A stretch of 43,425 nt of DNA, taken from a virus. Lineage: Duplodnaviria > Caudoviricetes. The notes below the pieces were generated by a model, which saw only the letters and a list, made by a program, of their open reading frames with translations, searched no databases and was not told where the DNA came from. Within the stretch, counting starts at the first letter, position 1, and every line of letters starts with the position of its first letter. The position numbers and the translations under genes were made by a program. Below are positions 33,757-42,642 of the stretch, piece after piece. The stretch covers positions 1-43,425 of the IMG/VR virus record IMGVR_UViG_3300024181_000008; one strand, written 5' to 3'.

Positions 33757-34728
33757 ATGGCGACGAACCCTTCACCGCAACCGAACACAATTCAGCTTGC
33801 CGCGACGCCGCCGCAAATCCTTCCCGACCCAGGCGTCGCACTGATCACTTACGACAAGCCGTCGGGACTCTTGAAAGCGGTCGATTCGACGGGCGCGAGC
33901 ATCTTCCCCTCGAGTGGCGGGGGAACCCCGGGCGGCGCCGACAAGCAAATTCAGTTCAACGATGCGGGGGCCTTTGCCGGTGACGCCGCAATGGTCTTTG
34001 ATAAAACCGCCCAAACAATTTTCTTTGGCCCCACGGGCGCGACGAGTTCTTTCGAATGCAACCCTTCCGACGGGACGGGCGAAGCCGACTTCGCGCTACA
34101 GGGCTCGGGTGTCGCCACGCTCGAGGTTGACGACGGCTCGCATGCTTCGAATCTGCAGATGACGAGTCAGCACGTTAACATCACGAATAACGACCCCACG
34201 GGGCAGGTCGAACTCCAAGCTTCAAATCAGGTCGTTTTGCTTGCCGCGAAGCTCGGGTTTTTCTCGACGAGCACCGGCGTCACAAAGCCCGCCGTCACCG
34301 GAAGCAACGTCGCCGGCGAGGCGGCCGCTTCCCTGATCGCGGGGCTTGCGGCTCTCGGCCTTGTCACCGATTCGACCACACCCGCGACACGGCCTTTTGA
34401 CGTCGGCGTCTTCAATCCAGGCCTCGGCTCCAACGCGCAAAAGCTTCTCGTCCTGAACATTCAACGCGCTGTGACCTTCCCCGCCGGCGCCGCGAATTCA
34501 AAGTTTACGGGCGGCACGGCCGCGACGGGCTCGACAACCTTCACCTTCAAGAAAAACGGGAGTTCCTTCGCGACGGCAGTCTTCTCGGCAAGCGGAACCC
34601 TCGCTGCCTTCACCCAGGCTTCGGATGCGGTCTTCGCTGTCGGCGATCAGCTTGAGATCGACGGGCCGGCAACCGCCGACGCAACGCTCGCCGACTTCAC
34701 TTGCACCTTGAGCGGACACTACACCTAA
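33757..34728 (+). CDS. Tail fibre-like protein (323 aa)
   Basis: GTPGGADKQIQFNDAGAFAGD motif, KLGFF..T...KP.VTG...LAALGLVTD fibre motif, C-terminal beta-sandwich. Confidence 0.75.
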   Translation: MATNPSPQPNTIQLAATPPQILPDPGVALITYDKPSGLLKAVDSTGASIFPSSGGGTPGGADKQIQFNDAGAFAGDAAMVFDKTAQTIFFGPTGATSSFECNPSDGTGEADFALQGSGVATLEVDDGSHASNLQMTSQHVNITNNDPTGQVELQASNQVVLLAAKLGFFSTSTGVTKPAVTGSNVAGEAAASLIAGLAALGLVTDSTTPATRPFDVGVFNPGLGSNAQKLLVLNIQRAVTFPAGAANSKFTGGTAATGSTTFTFKKNGSSFATAVFSASGTLAAFTQASDAVFAVGDQLEIDGPATADATLADFTCTLSGHYT

Positions 34729-35396
34729 TGGCCTTCGTTCGGACCTATCCCTTTGACCGGACAAACGGAAACGTCACTTCGAAGACGCTCACCGGTTTGA
34801 CCTTGACGGCGGGAGATCTCGGCGTTATCTGCATTTGGTGGTACAACGCCATTGCCGACGCGATCACCGTCACCGATTCGCTCGGCAACACCTGGACGAA
34901 AGTTCCCGGGACGTTCAAGAACAACCCGAACACCGTCACCCCGAATGCGGGCATGCAAATTTGGACGGCCCCCATCACGACCGGCGGGGCAGGCGTCACG
35001 ATCACCGCGAACTTCCCGGCGACCGTTCAATTTGTCGCGATGGCGGGAATCGAATACTCGGGACGGAACAACGCGAGTCCCATCGGCGCTCACGCGGCCG
35101 CGACAGGAAACGGAGTCGCAAGCTCTGGCGCGATGACAAGCACCTTCGCCGGTTCAGATCTTTTCGGCGCCGTCTATGATGACGGCGGAACGATGAGCGG
35201 CCAAGGCACGGGTTGGACGATCGGCGACCTGGGCTTCACGAACTACCTCACCGAGCAGCAGGGAAACAAAGCGGTCGGAAGTTACGCCGCGACTTCGAAC
35301 TCCGGTTCGACGGTTCAGTTCAATGCGGGAATTGTCGAATTGAAAGCAACGGGCACGCCAGGAAACACGAAGCCGTCAGTCGTCATCATGCAATAA
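34728..35396 (+). CDS. Beta-sandwich virion/receptor-binding-like protein (222 aa)
   Basis: TAATG-coupled; AGDL.VI...VTDSLGNTW domain also present in the nozzle protein. Confidence 0.7.
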   Translation: MAFVRTYPFDRTNGNVTSKTLTGLTLTAGDLGVICIWWYNAIADAITVTDSLGNTWTKVPGTFKNNPNTVTPNAGMQIWTAPITTGGAGVTITANFPATVQFVAMAGIEYSGRNNASPIGAHAAATGNGVASSGAMTSTFAGSDLFGAVYDDGGTMSGQGTGWTIGDLGFTNYLTEQQGNKAVGSYAATSNSGSTVQFNAGIVELKATGTPGNTKPSVVIMQ

Positions 35397-35442
35397 CCCT
35401 GAGATCAGGACTCGGGCGAATCAGGAAATCAGGACGGGGCAA

Positions 35443-35916
35443 GTGACAAAAACTAAGGGGAAGAAGCGTAAACGCGCTCTCACCAAACGGCAGAGGAAGT
35501 TCTTCGAGCTTCTCTGTACGGGCATGCCGGCGACCCAGGCCGCACGCAATGCAGGCTACTCGGGAGCAACGCCCGCGCAATCGGCTTATCAGGCAACGAA
35601 GGGCATTCGCGCGCGTGTCGAAGAGGCGCTTGCCGAGAACGGTTTGACCCCTGAGGGGCTCATAACTAAGTATCTAGTCCCCGCGATGCTCGCGACCGAT
35701 ATCGAATTTGCGAAGTTTGAGGGCGAAATCACCGATTCCGAAGAAGTGATCGCCTGGGACACTCGGCTTCGCGCAATCGAGCTTGCGGCGCGCTTCGGCG
35801 GATACCTCGCACCGAAGGAACTCACTGGCCTTGACGGCGCTGCACTCTTTCCCGACGTGATCGATACCGGCGGGATGAGGTCAGGGCGAAGGAAGGCCCC
35901 CGAAGCCCGGGTCTGA
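35443..35916 (+). CDS. terS: Terminase small subunit
   Basis: LTKRQRKF......ATQAARNAGYS HTH; directly upstream of terL. Confidence 0.88.
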   Translation: MTKTKGKKRKRALTKRQRKFFELLCTGMPATQAARNAGYSGATPAQSAYQATKGIRARVEEALAENGLTPEGLITKYLVPAMLATDIEFAKFEGEITDSEEVIAWDTRLRAIELAARFGGYLAPKELTGLDGAALFPDVIDTGGMRSGRRKAPEARV

Positions 35917-35918
35917 GC

Positions 35919-37481
35919 GTGGGGGAAACTCTACGCATCGCGGATTATTACACGCCGCAAGAAAAGCAGATGGAGTTTCACGACTCCCCTGCAACTTACC
36001 CGCTCATGGAAGGCGGGCGCGGCGGCGGCAAATCGATTGCTCTCCTGTGGGAAGCGATCTATATGTGCCTCATCGTGAACGGTTGCAACTGCCTGCTTTT
36101 GCGGCGCACCCTCACAGCTTCCGAAAAGGGCGGCATCGAAGACCACTTCCTCAAGTACTGCCCGAGGAAGTTCTACAAGTCTTGGAACGGGCAAGCGCAC
36201 TGCGCGACCTTTTGGAACGGCTCGAAGCTCTTTTTCGGTCACATCAAGAGCGACCGAGATCTCTCACAGTATCAATCGGCCGAGTTCCTCTTCATCGGAT
36301 GGGACGAACTCACCCAGTTTACCTATTCGCAATGGGATTACCTCAAGGGTTCGAATCGCTGCCCGATCAAGACGGACAAATTCGGGCATCCCGTCAAGCC
36401 CCGCATGGCCGGCGCGACGAACCCGAACGGCATCGGGAACGGTTGGGTTAAGGCGCTGTGGATTACAAAGAAGCCCCCGGCCGGCGAAATGGTCCTCAAT
36501 TACAAGCCCGAGGACTATCATGCGATTCACTCGACCTTCGAAGACAACTTTGTTTACCGGAACGATTCCGACTATATTTCGAAGCTTCAATCGATCAGCG
36601 ACCCTGTTCTGCGCGCGGCATGGATTCCGGGCGATTGGAAGATTCTCGCGGGTCAGTATTTTCAGAACTGGGAAGGCGTTTGGGACGACGTCGAGAAGAA
36701 GTACGTCGGTCGGCACGTTCGCGAGCTCGGCGCGATTGGGTTTCAGGACTGGCAAGACCATTGGATATCGATCGATTGGGGCTATGCTCACGCGACTTGC
36801 GTTCTTTGGTGGTGTCGCGCCGTCGTCGCCGATGAGTTCGGGCGCACGGTCGACGAACTAGGCAAGCCGAAGACGATGATCGTTTGCTATCGCGAGTTTG
36901 TGACGCGACAGATGAACGAAGAAGCGCTCGCTCGCAAGATCGCGACGCTCACGGTCGACCCGACGGGAAGAGAGCGCGTGCCGCATATTTCGCGCATCTT
37001 TCTTTCGCCCGACCGGTTCAATAAAACGAACGAAGAACACACGATCGCCGACAAAATGGGCGACGTGCTCAGGGAATACAACCTGCCGCGGCCCGAGCGC
37101 GCGAATAACGATCGCGTCGGCGGTTGGCAGCTTATGACGACGCTGTTCGACACCTCGGGCGTCGTCGTGGTAAATTCCTGTCGCGATGTGATCGAGTCGG
37201 TCCCGAAACTGCAGCGCGACCCGAAAAAGCTCGAGGACGCGATCAAGGAAGGGAACGAACTCTTCCTCGACGTTTGCGAGTCCTTCCGCTACGGCGTGAT
37301 GAGTTACGCGGACGAAAACGCAATCCCGCGCGATGTTCAGGTCGACGAGCGCATCAAGGCGATCAAGGACCCCACGGCAAAATACATGGAGTACTTGCGA
37401 ATCACTTCGAAGCCGGCCGCGACGGATATTCAAGTGCCAGTTCCGCCCAGGCGTTCGCCTTGGCGAAGGGGCGTGCAGTGA
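35919..37481 (+). CDS. terL: Terminase large subunit
   Basis: Q motif PQEKQ, Walker A GGRGGGKS, Walker B FIGWDE, ATNP coupling motif, ISIDWG nuclease motif. Confidence 0.95.
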   Translation: MGETLRIADYYTPQEKQMEFHDSPATYPLMEGGRGGGKSIALLWEAIYMCLIVNGCNCLLLRRTLTASEKGGIEDHFLKYCPRKFYKSWNGQAHCATFWNGSKLFFGHIKSDRDLSQYQSAEFLFIGWDELTQFTYSQWDYLKGSNRCPIKTDKFGHPVKPRMAGATNPNGIGNGWVKALWITKKPPAGEMVLNYKPEDYHAIHSTFEDNFVYRNDSDYISKLQSISDPVLRAAWIPGDWKILAGQYFQNWEGVWDDVEKKYVGRHVRELGAIGFQDWQDHWISIDWGYAHATCVLWWCRAVVADEFGRTVDELGKPKTMIVCYREFVTRQMNEEALARKIATLTVDPTGRERVPHISRIFLSPDRFNKTNEEHTIADKMGDVLREYNLPRPERANNDRVGGWQLMTTLFDTSGVVVVNSCRDVIESVPKLQRDPKKLEDAIKEGNELFLDVCESFRYGVMSYADENAIPRDVQVDERIKAIKDPTAKYMEYLRITSKPAATDIQVPVPPRRSPWRRGVQ

Positions 37482-37618
37482 GGTCGCGGGTCGACCGACT
37501 GTTAGCGGAATTAAAGTGGTTACTCGGCAGCATGGAACTTACCGAGGAAGAGGGCAACGCCCTGATCGAATACATCCGGTCGCTTATGCGGCCGCCGAAA
37601 GAAAAGGCAAGAGCATGA
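37478..37618 (+). CDS. Hypothetical 46-aa protein
   Basis: GTGA overlap with the terL stop and ATGA overlap with the next gene. Confidence 0.55.
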   Translation: MRSRVDRLLAELKWLLGSMELTEEEGNALIEYIRSLMRPPKEKARA

Positions 37619-37995
37619 CGAAGCCGAAATTTCCAGGTGGTACGCAACCGATTGTCGTTCGGCCGGTTTCGATCGAGGACCGATTCATCACGCACCTCGA
37701 GCACGAAGTCGAGTTTCTACGGGCCGATGTGGCCTTCTACCGCGGCAAATGTGAGCGGCTCGAGCTTTCGATCATGAATTCCGATACGAAGCGTGAGGCC
37801 GCGATCGAGTTTGTCGAGCGGTCGGACCCTGCAGCGCCGAGCATTCGCAATGCGAAAGTGGACCGGCCGGCCGAGCCGGGAGTTTATCGAACGCCGTTCC
37901 AGAAGCTCAAAGCCGAGTGGGACAAGATGAGTCCCGAGCAGCAACGCGCGGCCGAAGGTCTTGCACCAATCGAACCAAAACCGCAGCAAATGTGA
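37615..37995 (+). CDS. Hypothetical coiled-coil protein (126 aa)
   Basis: ATG 37615; helical LEHEVEFLRADV segment. Confidence 0.7.
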   Translation: MTKPKFPGGTQPIVVRPVSIEDRFITHLEHEVEFLRADVAFYRGKCERLELSIMNSDTKREAAIEFVERSDPAAPSIRNAKVDRPAEPGVYRTPFQKLKAEWDKMSPEQQRAAEGLAPIEPKPQQM

Positions 37996-38005
37996 GGGGG
38001 CTAAC

Positions 38006-38437
38006 ATGAAGGGTTTCGAGACGCACGACGGCAAGATCGCCGGCAATCGCCAACTGGTTGAGTCCTACGACAAAGCTCACGGCAAAAAGCCGAAACAAAC
38101 CGACGCCGGCAAGGCCGATAAGGGCATGGAGCACGGCGAACACGGCGGCGGCGGCGAAGACGTGAAGTCGATCGTCGCCGAACACGGCAAAGCTCACACT
38201 CACATTGTCACCAAGGACCGCGAAAGCGGCGCGCATCACTCCGAAACGCATCACGAAGACGGGCACGTTCACCACGCCGAACACGGTTCGCTCGCCGAGG
38301 CCCACGATCACGGCATGCAAGCGATGGGCGACGACGGCGAACACAACGAAATGGAGCCCGACGACGCAATGGTCGCGGGCGAGCACGAAGAAGAGGAAAT
38401 GCACGGCGGCAAGACGTCACACGTCGGCTTCATGTAA
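38006..38437 (+). CDS. His/acidic-rich protein (143 aa, 21 His)
   Basis: GAGGGGG SD; HHSETHHEDGHVHHAEH core. Confidence 0.8.
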   Translation: MKGFETHDGKIAGNRQLVESYDKAHGKKPKQTDAGKADKGMEHGEHGGGGEDVKSIVAEHGKAHTHIVTKDRESGAHHSETHHEDGHVHHAEHGSLAEAHDHGMQAMGDDGEHNEMEPDDAMVAGEHEEEEMHGGKTSHVGFM

Positions 38438-38451
38438 AAAGGGGGTTCCCG

Positions 38452-38616
38452 ATGATCGTTTACTTATCCGTTTTGTTCGCGCTAGTCGGTCTGCTCATGT
38501 ACGTTCTCTGCGAGAAACCGAAGCTCGTCGAAATTGGGCGCCTGCTCTTGTTTGCGGGCGTCCTGGCTTTCCTGCTCACGGGGGCGGCGCCGCTCGTTAA
38601 CCTGCTTCATAAGTAG
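38452..38616 (+). CDS. 54-aa two-TM membrane protein, absent from the ORF track
   Basis: MIVYLSVLFALVGLLMYVLC-EKPKLVEIGR-LLLFAGVLAFLLTGAAPLVNLLHK; AGGGGG SD; fills the gap exactly. Confidence 0.75.
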   Translation: MIVYLSVLFALVGLLMYVLCEKPKLVEIGRLLLFAGVLAFLLTGAAPLVNLLHK

Positions 38617-38618
38617 CT

Positions 38619-38843
38619 ATGCCCTCGCAGAAAGAGGCGGGAACAAGTTCGACCGGCTTCGTGACCGCGGCTCAGATTCCGACGCCTCGCCAGTGTTCAA
38701 ACTGCGAGCACTACAACGGCGGAAATTGCGACGGCGAACACGTTATGAAAGACCCGCAACTCAAGGCGCGGCGCAACAAAGATGGCACCGTTAAGGTCGA
38801 AGCGAATTCCTATTGTTGGTACTTCGAGCGAGGCAAATCTTGA
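38619..38843 (+). CDS. Four-Cys protein resembling HiPIP-type Fe-S proteins (74 aa)
   Basis: QCSNCEHY....C...VEANSYCWYF resembles the HiPIP CxxCxxF...C...VxxxGWCxxW/F layout. Confidence 0.55.
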   Translation: MPSQKEAGTSSTGFVTAAQIPTPRQCSNCEHYNGGNCDGEHVMKDPQLKARRNKDGTVKVEANSYCWYFERGKS

Positions 38844-39100
38844 CCGACCCCGTAAAGATCGCGATGATCGCGACCGCCGGCCCCACGCTCATAGGGATTG
38901 TGCAATTGGTCTTGGCCTTTTTCCAGCGTAAGGAAACGCAAAGGCAGCATATCGAAACGCGCGATGCCGTGAACGAGTATCACAAAGAAGTTAACAACAA
39001 AATGGACCAACTGATCGCGGTCGAAAAGAAGGATTCACGCGCCGAAGGAAACCTCGAGGGCAAGGCCGAACTTCGCGCCGAAATGGATTCTCGCAAGTAG
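38840..39100 (+). CDS. Single-TM plus coiled-coil protein (86 aa)
   Basis: TTG start overlapping the previous TGA, GAGG SD; N-terminal hydrophobic helix. Confidence 0.65.
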   Translation: MTDPVKIAMIATAGPTLIGIVQLVLAFFQRKETQRQHIETRDAVNEYHKEVNNKMDQLIAVEKKDSRAEGNLEGKAELRAEMDSRK

Positions 39101-39133
39101 CGGGGAAATCAGGAGCAAAGAAAGGGAAAGACA

Positions 39134-39475
39134 ATGACACGAATCAATGAAACAGCGCGACCGGAAGACACAGGGGCCGATCGCCTGAATCGAGTCGACG
39201 AGCCCCAGGCCGAGCAGGCAGGCTTTGCCTCGACGTCGCCATTGACACCTCACGGGCTCAACGAAGCGAGAAAAGAGGTCGCTGCGAAGCAACTCGCTTA
39301 CGATAAGCATCAGGCCGGCCGCTCTTACTTGAACGGTCTGATCGAGCGGAAAGAACGGCACTTGCTCAGGAAAATTGGCGACCTTCAAACCCTGCGAAAG
39401 AAAGTCGATCAAATGCTCTTGTGCGACATTGAGGCCGCCCTGACCCTGTATCACGAACTTCGAATTCTCGATTGA
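39134..39475 (+). CDS. Hypothetical protein (113 aa)
   Basis: Purine-rich leader; helical C-terminus. Confidence 0.7.
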   Translation: MTRINETARPEDTGADRLNRVDEPQAEQAGFASTSPLTPHGLNEARKEVAAKQLAYDKHQAGRSYLNGLIERKERHLLRKIGDLQTLRKKVDQMLLCDIEAALTLYHELRILD

Positions 39476-39476
39476 G

Positions 39477-39893
39477 GTGAACCCCGTGCTCAAACGAGCC
39501 AATCAGACGAGCTTTAAAAAGGGGCAACGAGCGTGGAACAAGAAATTCAATTCCGAGTCTGAACGATACGCGGCTTACCGGCCTGAAACCTTAATCCGGG
39601 TTCGCTCCCGGGCAATTCGCATTCGATTTGGAATTTCCCGGGAAGAGTACGACCTTCGCAGACTTCTGGCAGAGGGTACTTTGTGCCCAATTTGCTTGCG
39701 TCCGATGATCACTTTGAAAACTTCGCGAGGAACGAGCGGAATGTCTCCCGTGCTTGACCACGACGAAAAAACAAAGCGGCTACGCGAATTTGTCCATAGA
39801 AATTGCAATGCCGCTCTCGGTCTCTTGATGCACGACTCGGAAACTCTCAAGCGTGCGGCGGTCTATATCGAGAGGCATCGTGCCATCGAGTAG
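39477..39893 (+). CDS. Endonuclease VII-like (His-Me) protein with NUMOD-like N-terminus
   Basis: SFKKGQRAWNK; FGISREEY; CPIC...VLDHD....REFVHRNCNAALG......LKRAAVYI. Confidence 0.85.
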   Translation: MNPVLKRANQTSFKKGQRAWNKKFNSESERYAAYRPETLIRVRSRAIRIRFGISREEYDLRRLLAEGTLCPICLRPMITLKTSRGTSGMSPVLDHDEKTKRLREFVHRNCNAALGLLMHDSETLKRAAVYIERHRAIE

Positions 39894-40065
39894 CATCATG
39901 CCCGACTTCGAGGCCGGAACGCTTCACTCCGGCCCGGGCGGGCCGATCGTCAAAAAGAAGAAGCAGGCGAAAGCGATTCAGCTTTCCTACCTTCGCAAGG
40001 AAGGGCACGACATTCCCGAAAAGGGAACGAAACCCAAAAGTCACGAATGGATGAACCGAGACTAA
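39880..40065 (+). CDS. Small basic DUF6496-like protein
   Basis: FEAGTLHSG.GG.IVK.KKQAKAI.LS motif; GAGAGG SD before GTG 39880. Confidence 0.7.
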   Translation: MPSSSIMPDFEAGTLHSGPGGPIVKKKKQAKAIQLSYLRKEGHDIPEKGTKPKSHEWMNRD

Positions 40066-42615
40066 ATGCCGAACGACACCGAGATCGTGACGTCGACGAC
40101 TGAGAACGACGAGGGCCTCGAGCAGGAAGAGCGCGAATTCCAGCCCGGGGAACTTTGCGCGTTTGATGCGACGAATGATCAGGTTTCGCTCGAGGAAGAC
40201 GGTGAAGGCGAAGATACCGGCCTCACTGCCGAACAGAAAAAGAATTGCGTCAAAGGCATTGCGTCAAAGGTTGCACAGCGCGACCTGACAAGCCGGCGCC
40301 TGCAGGTTAGAGACGCCTGGAAAGCGCGTTACTTCTGGCGCGGCAATCAGCACTTGCTCGCGGGCCGTAACGGCGCATGGGTTCTGCCGCAAATGGTTCA
40401 GATGGGCGGGCAGAGTTACGACGATCACCAAGGCGAGACGAATATGTACCTCGCTTTTGGCGACACGATCACAGCTTCGCTCACCGCGGGGACGCCTTCG
40501 GTTCGCTTCGAGCCGGCAGAACCCAAAAACCCCGCGGGAATCACGGCTGCCGAGCAGGCTCAGAAGGCAATGCTCCTCATCGAGCGATCGAACAACTGCA
40601 TCGTGCTCCAAGAGGACATGGCGCGGTTTCTTTGGACCGACGGGCTTTGTTTTGCATACACGCGGCACGTCCTCGACGCGCAACGGTTTGGCTTCACGCA
40701 ACCCGATCTTGACGAAGAACACGATGAGGTTTCATACTTGCCCGAACTCGGGGGCGAGGGGCCGGAAGGCGCGGCGGCTGGCGCGTCAGGAAATCAGAAC
40801 CCCACGGCAACCGGAACCGGAAAGGGCAGCCCCCGAGGTTCCGAAGTCATTCGCATGCTTGGCACGCTCGAGGTGAAGGCGCCGATTCAGGCAAACGACC
40901 TCGACGGCTCGCAGTTTGTCCAGTTTTCCGAAGAGATCGATATCAACCTCGGGAAAACCGCGTACCCCGACGTCGCCGACGAGATTCAGCCGGCCCAGGC
41001 GCCGACCGCCGAGTCCGACTATGAACGCCTCGCGCGCACTTCGATCATGATGGGCATGCGCCCGTCGAACATGACGAACGACGCGATGACCTACAACTGC
41101 ACGATTCAGCGGACCTGGGTCCGTCCTTCGTTCTACGCCGAAGAACAGAACGACGATCTTCGCAACTGGCTTTACGACAACTTCCCGAAGGGCTTGTTTG
41201 TCGTGATGATCGGGCAAACCGTTTGCGAAGCGCGAAACGAATCTTTTAGTGATCACTGGGTCCTGATTCACGCGCGGCCCGGAGACGGGATGCACCGGCC
41301 GGCGCTCGGCACCCCGCTCATTCCGCTACAGGAAAAGCTCAACGATTGCATGGACCTCGTTCACGAGAGCTTCATGCACTTGATTCCGATCAAGTGGGTC
41401 GATTCCGAAGCGATTGACGCGAATGCCCTCGGCGACATTCAGTCGAAGCCGAACACTTATCTCAAGATGAAGCGGCGGGTCGACAAAGCCCTTGCCGAGA
41501 ACTTCTTCGTCGAGCCGCAAATTCAGATTGCCGACGGGCTTCTCACCTACATCGAGAAGCTTTTTGGTGAGATGGCGCAGTTCCTTTGCGGCGCGTTTCC
41601 GGCCCTTTTTGGCGGAAACACAGGCTCGAATGATACCGCCCAGGGAATCGCTTCGCAGCGTGATCAGGCTCTCGGGCGCATCGGCCTGACGTGGCGGAAC
41701 ATCAAAGCGGGCTACGCGAAGATCATGCTTCAAGGTGTGATGGCCGCGGCCGAGCACCGAAAAGAGATCATGGCCGGCACGATCAAGGGCGGCGATGGAA
41801 CCGACCTCAAGATCGCGATCGACCCCGAAGATCTCAAAGCGAAGCTTTTGTGTTACCCAGACTCGGACGAGAACTTCCCCGAGTCCTGGGTCGCGCAACG
41901 CATGATCTGGCAGAACCTTCTCGAACAAGCGAAGGCGAACCCGATTCTCGCGGGCATTTTGCAGGCTCCGCGGAATCAACTGATCGCGAAGGACAAGATC
42001 GGCGTGCAAGAGCTTGTGATTCCGGGCGCCGACTCATCGCGGAAACAGCTTGCCGAGATCATGATTCTGCTCGAGACGGGACCCGTTCCCAATCCTGCAA
42101 TGCAGGAAGCCGAAGCTCAGGTCGCGGAACTTGCGAGCAAGGCCCAGGCCGCCGGCATCGAGCCCGATCAAACTGTCATCCAGGGGATACAGGACAAGCT
42201 CAAGGCGATTCCGCCTATGGTTTCGACGGTGCCGATCGGGAAGCTCGACGACAATGCGGTCGAAGCCGCGGAAATCAGGACGTGGGCGAATTCTCCCGAA
42301 GGTGTGCGGGCGTTCAGCGAAAACCGCGACGGTTACGACAACGTGATGACTCACTACGATGAGCATATGGCGGCGATCGCCCAGGCCGCGCAAGGGAATC
42401 AGCCGGCACCGGCCGAAAAGCCGATCAGTGAGTCGATCAACTTCAAAGATCTTCCGCCCGAAGGTCAAGTTCAGATGGCAATGAAGGCGGGTATTAAGCT
42501 CGATCTGAACAAGCTCAACGTCGCCGCGGCTCAGGACCGCGCGGCCGAAGTGGCGAAAGCAGCCGCTCGCGTCGTTCCTAACGGGACGCCCGAGGCGGCG
42601 ACAGCAATTCAATAA
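40066..42615 (+). CDS. Portal protein (849 aa, with long C-terminal helical extension)
   Basis: Size and position between terL and scaffold; FW.GNQH, TAQGI.S.RDQA and Gln/Ala-rich tail typical of podovirus portals. Confidence 0.85.
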   Translation: MPNDTEIVTSTTENDEGLEQEEREFQPGELCAFDATNDQVSLEEDGEGEDTGLTAEQKKNCVKGIASKVAQRDLTSRRLQVRDAWKARYFWRGNQHLLAGRNGAWVLPQMVQMGGQSYDDHQGETNMYLAFGDTITASLTAGTPSVRFEPAEPKNPAGITAAEQAQKAMLLIERSNNCIVLQEDMARFLWTDGLCFAYTRHVLDAQRFGFTQPDLDEEHDEVSYLPELGGEGPEGAAAGASGNQNPTATGTGKGSPRGSEVIRMLGTLEVKAPIQANDLDGSQFVQFSEEIDINLGKTAYPDVADEIQPAQAPTAESDYERLARTSIMMGMRPSNMTNDAMTYNCTIQRTWVRPSFYAEEQNDDLRNWLYDNFPKGLFVVMIGQTVCEARNESFSDHWVLIHARPGDGMHRPALGTPLIPLQEKLNDCMDLVHESFMHLIPIKWVDSEAIDANALGDIQSKPNTYLKMKRRVDKALAENFFVEPQIQIADGLLTYIEKLFGEMAQFLCGAFPALFGGNTGSNDTAQGIASQRDQALGRIGLTWRNIKAGYAKIMLQGVMAAAEHRKEIMAGTIKGGDGTDLKIAIDPEDLKAKLLCYPDSDENFPESWVAQRMIWQNLLEQAKANPILAGILQAPRNQLIAKDKIGVQELVIPGADSSRKQLAEIMILLETGPVPNPAMQEAEAQVAELASKAQAAGIEPDQTVIQGIQDKLKAIPPMVSTVPIGKLDDNAVEAAEIRTWANSPEGVRAFSENRDGYDNVMTHYDEHMAAIAQAAQGNQPAPAEKPISESINFKDLPPEGQVQMAMKAGIKLDLNKLNVAAAQDRAAEVAKAAARVVPNGTPEAATAIQ

Positions 42616-42642
42616 TCAGGAAATCAGGAAAAGCGAGGTAAC

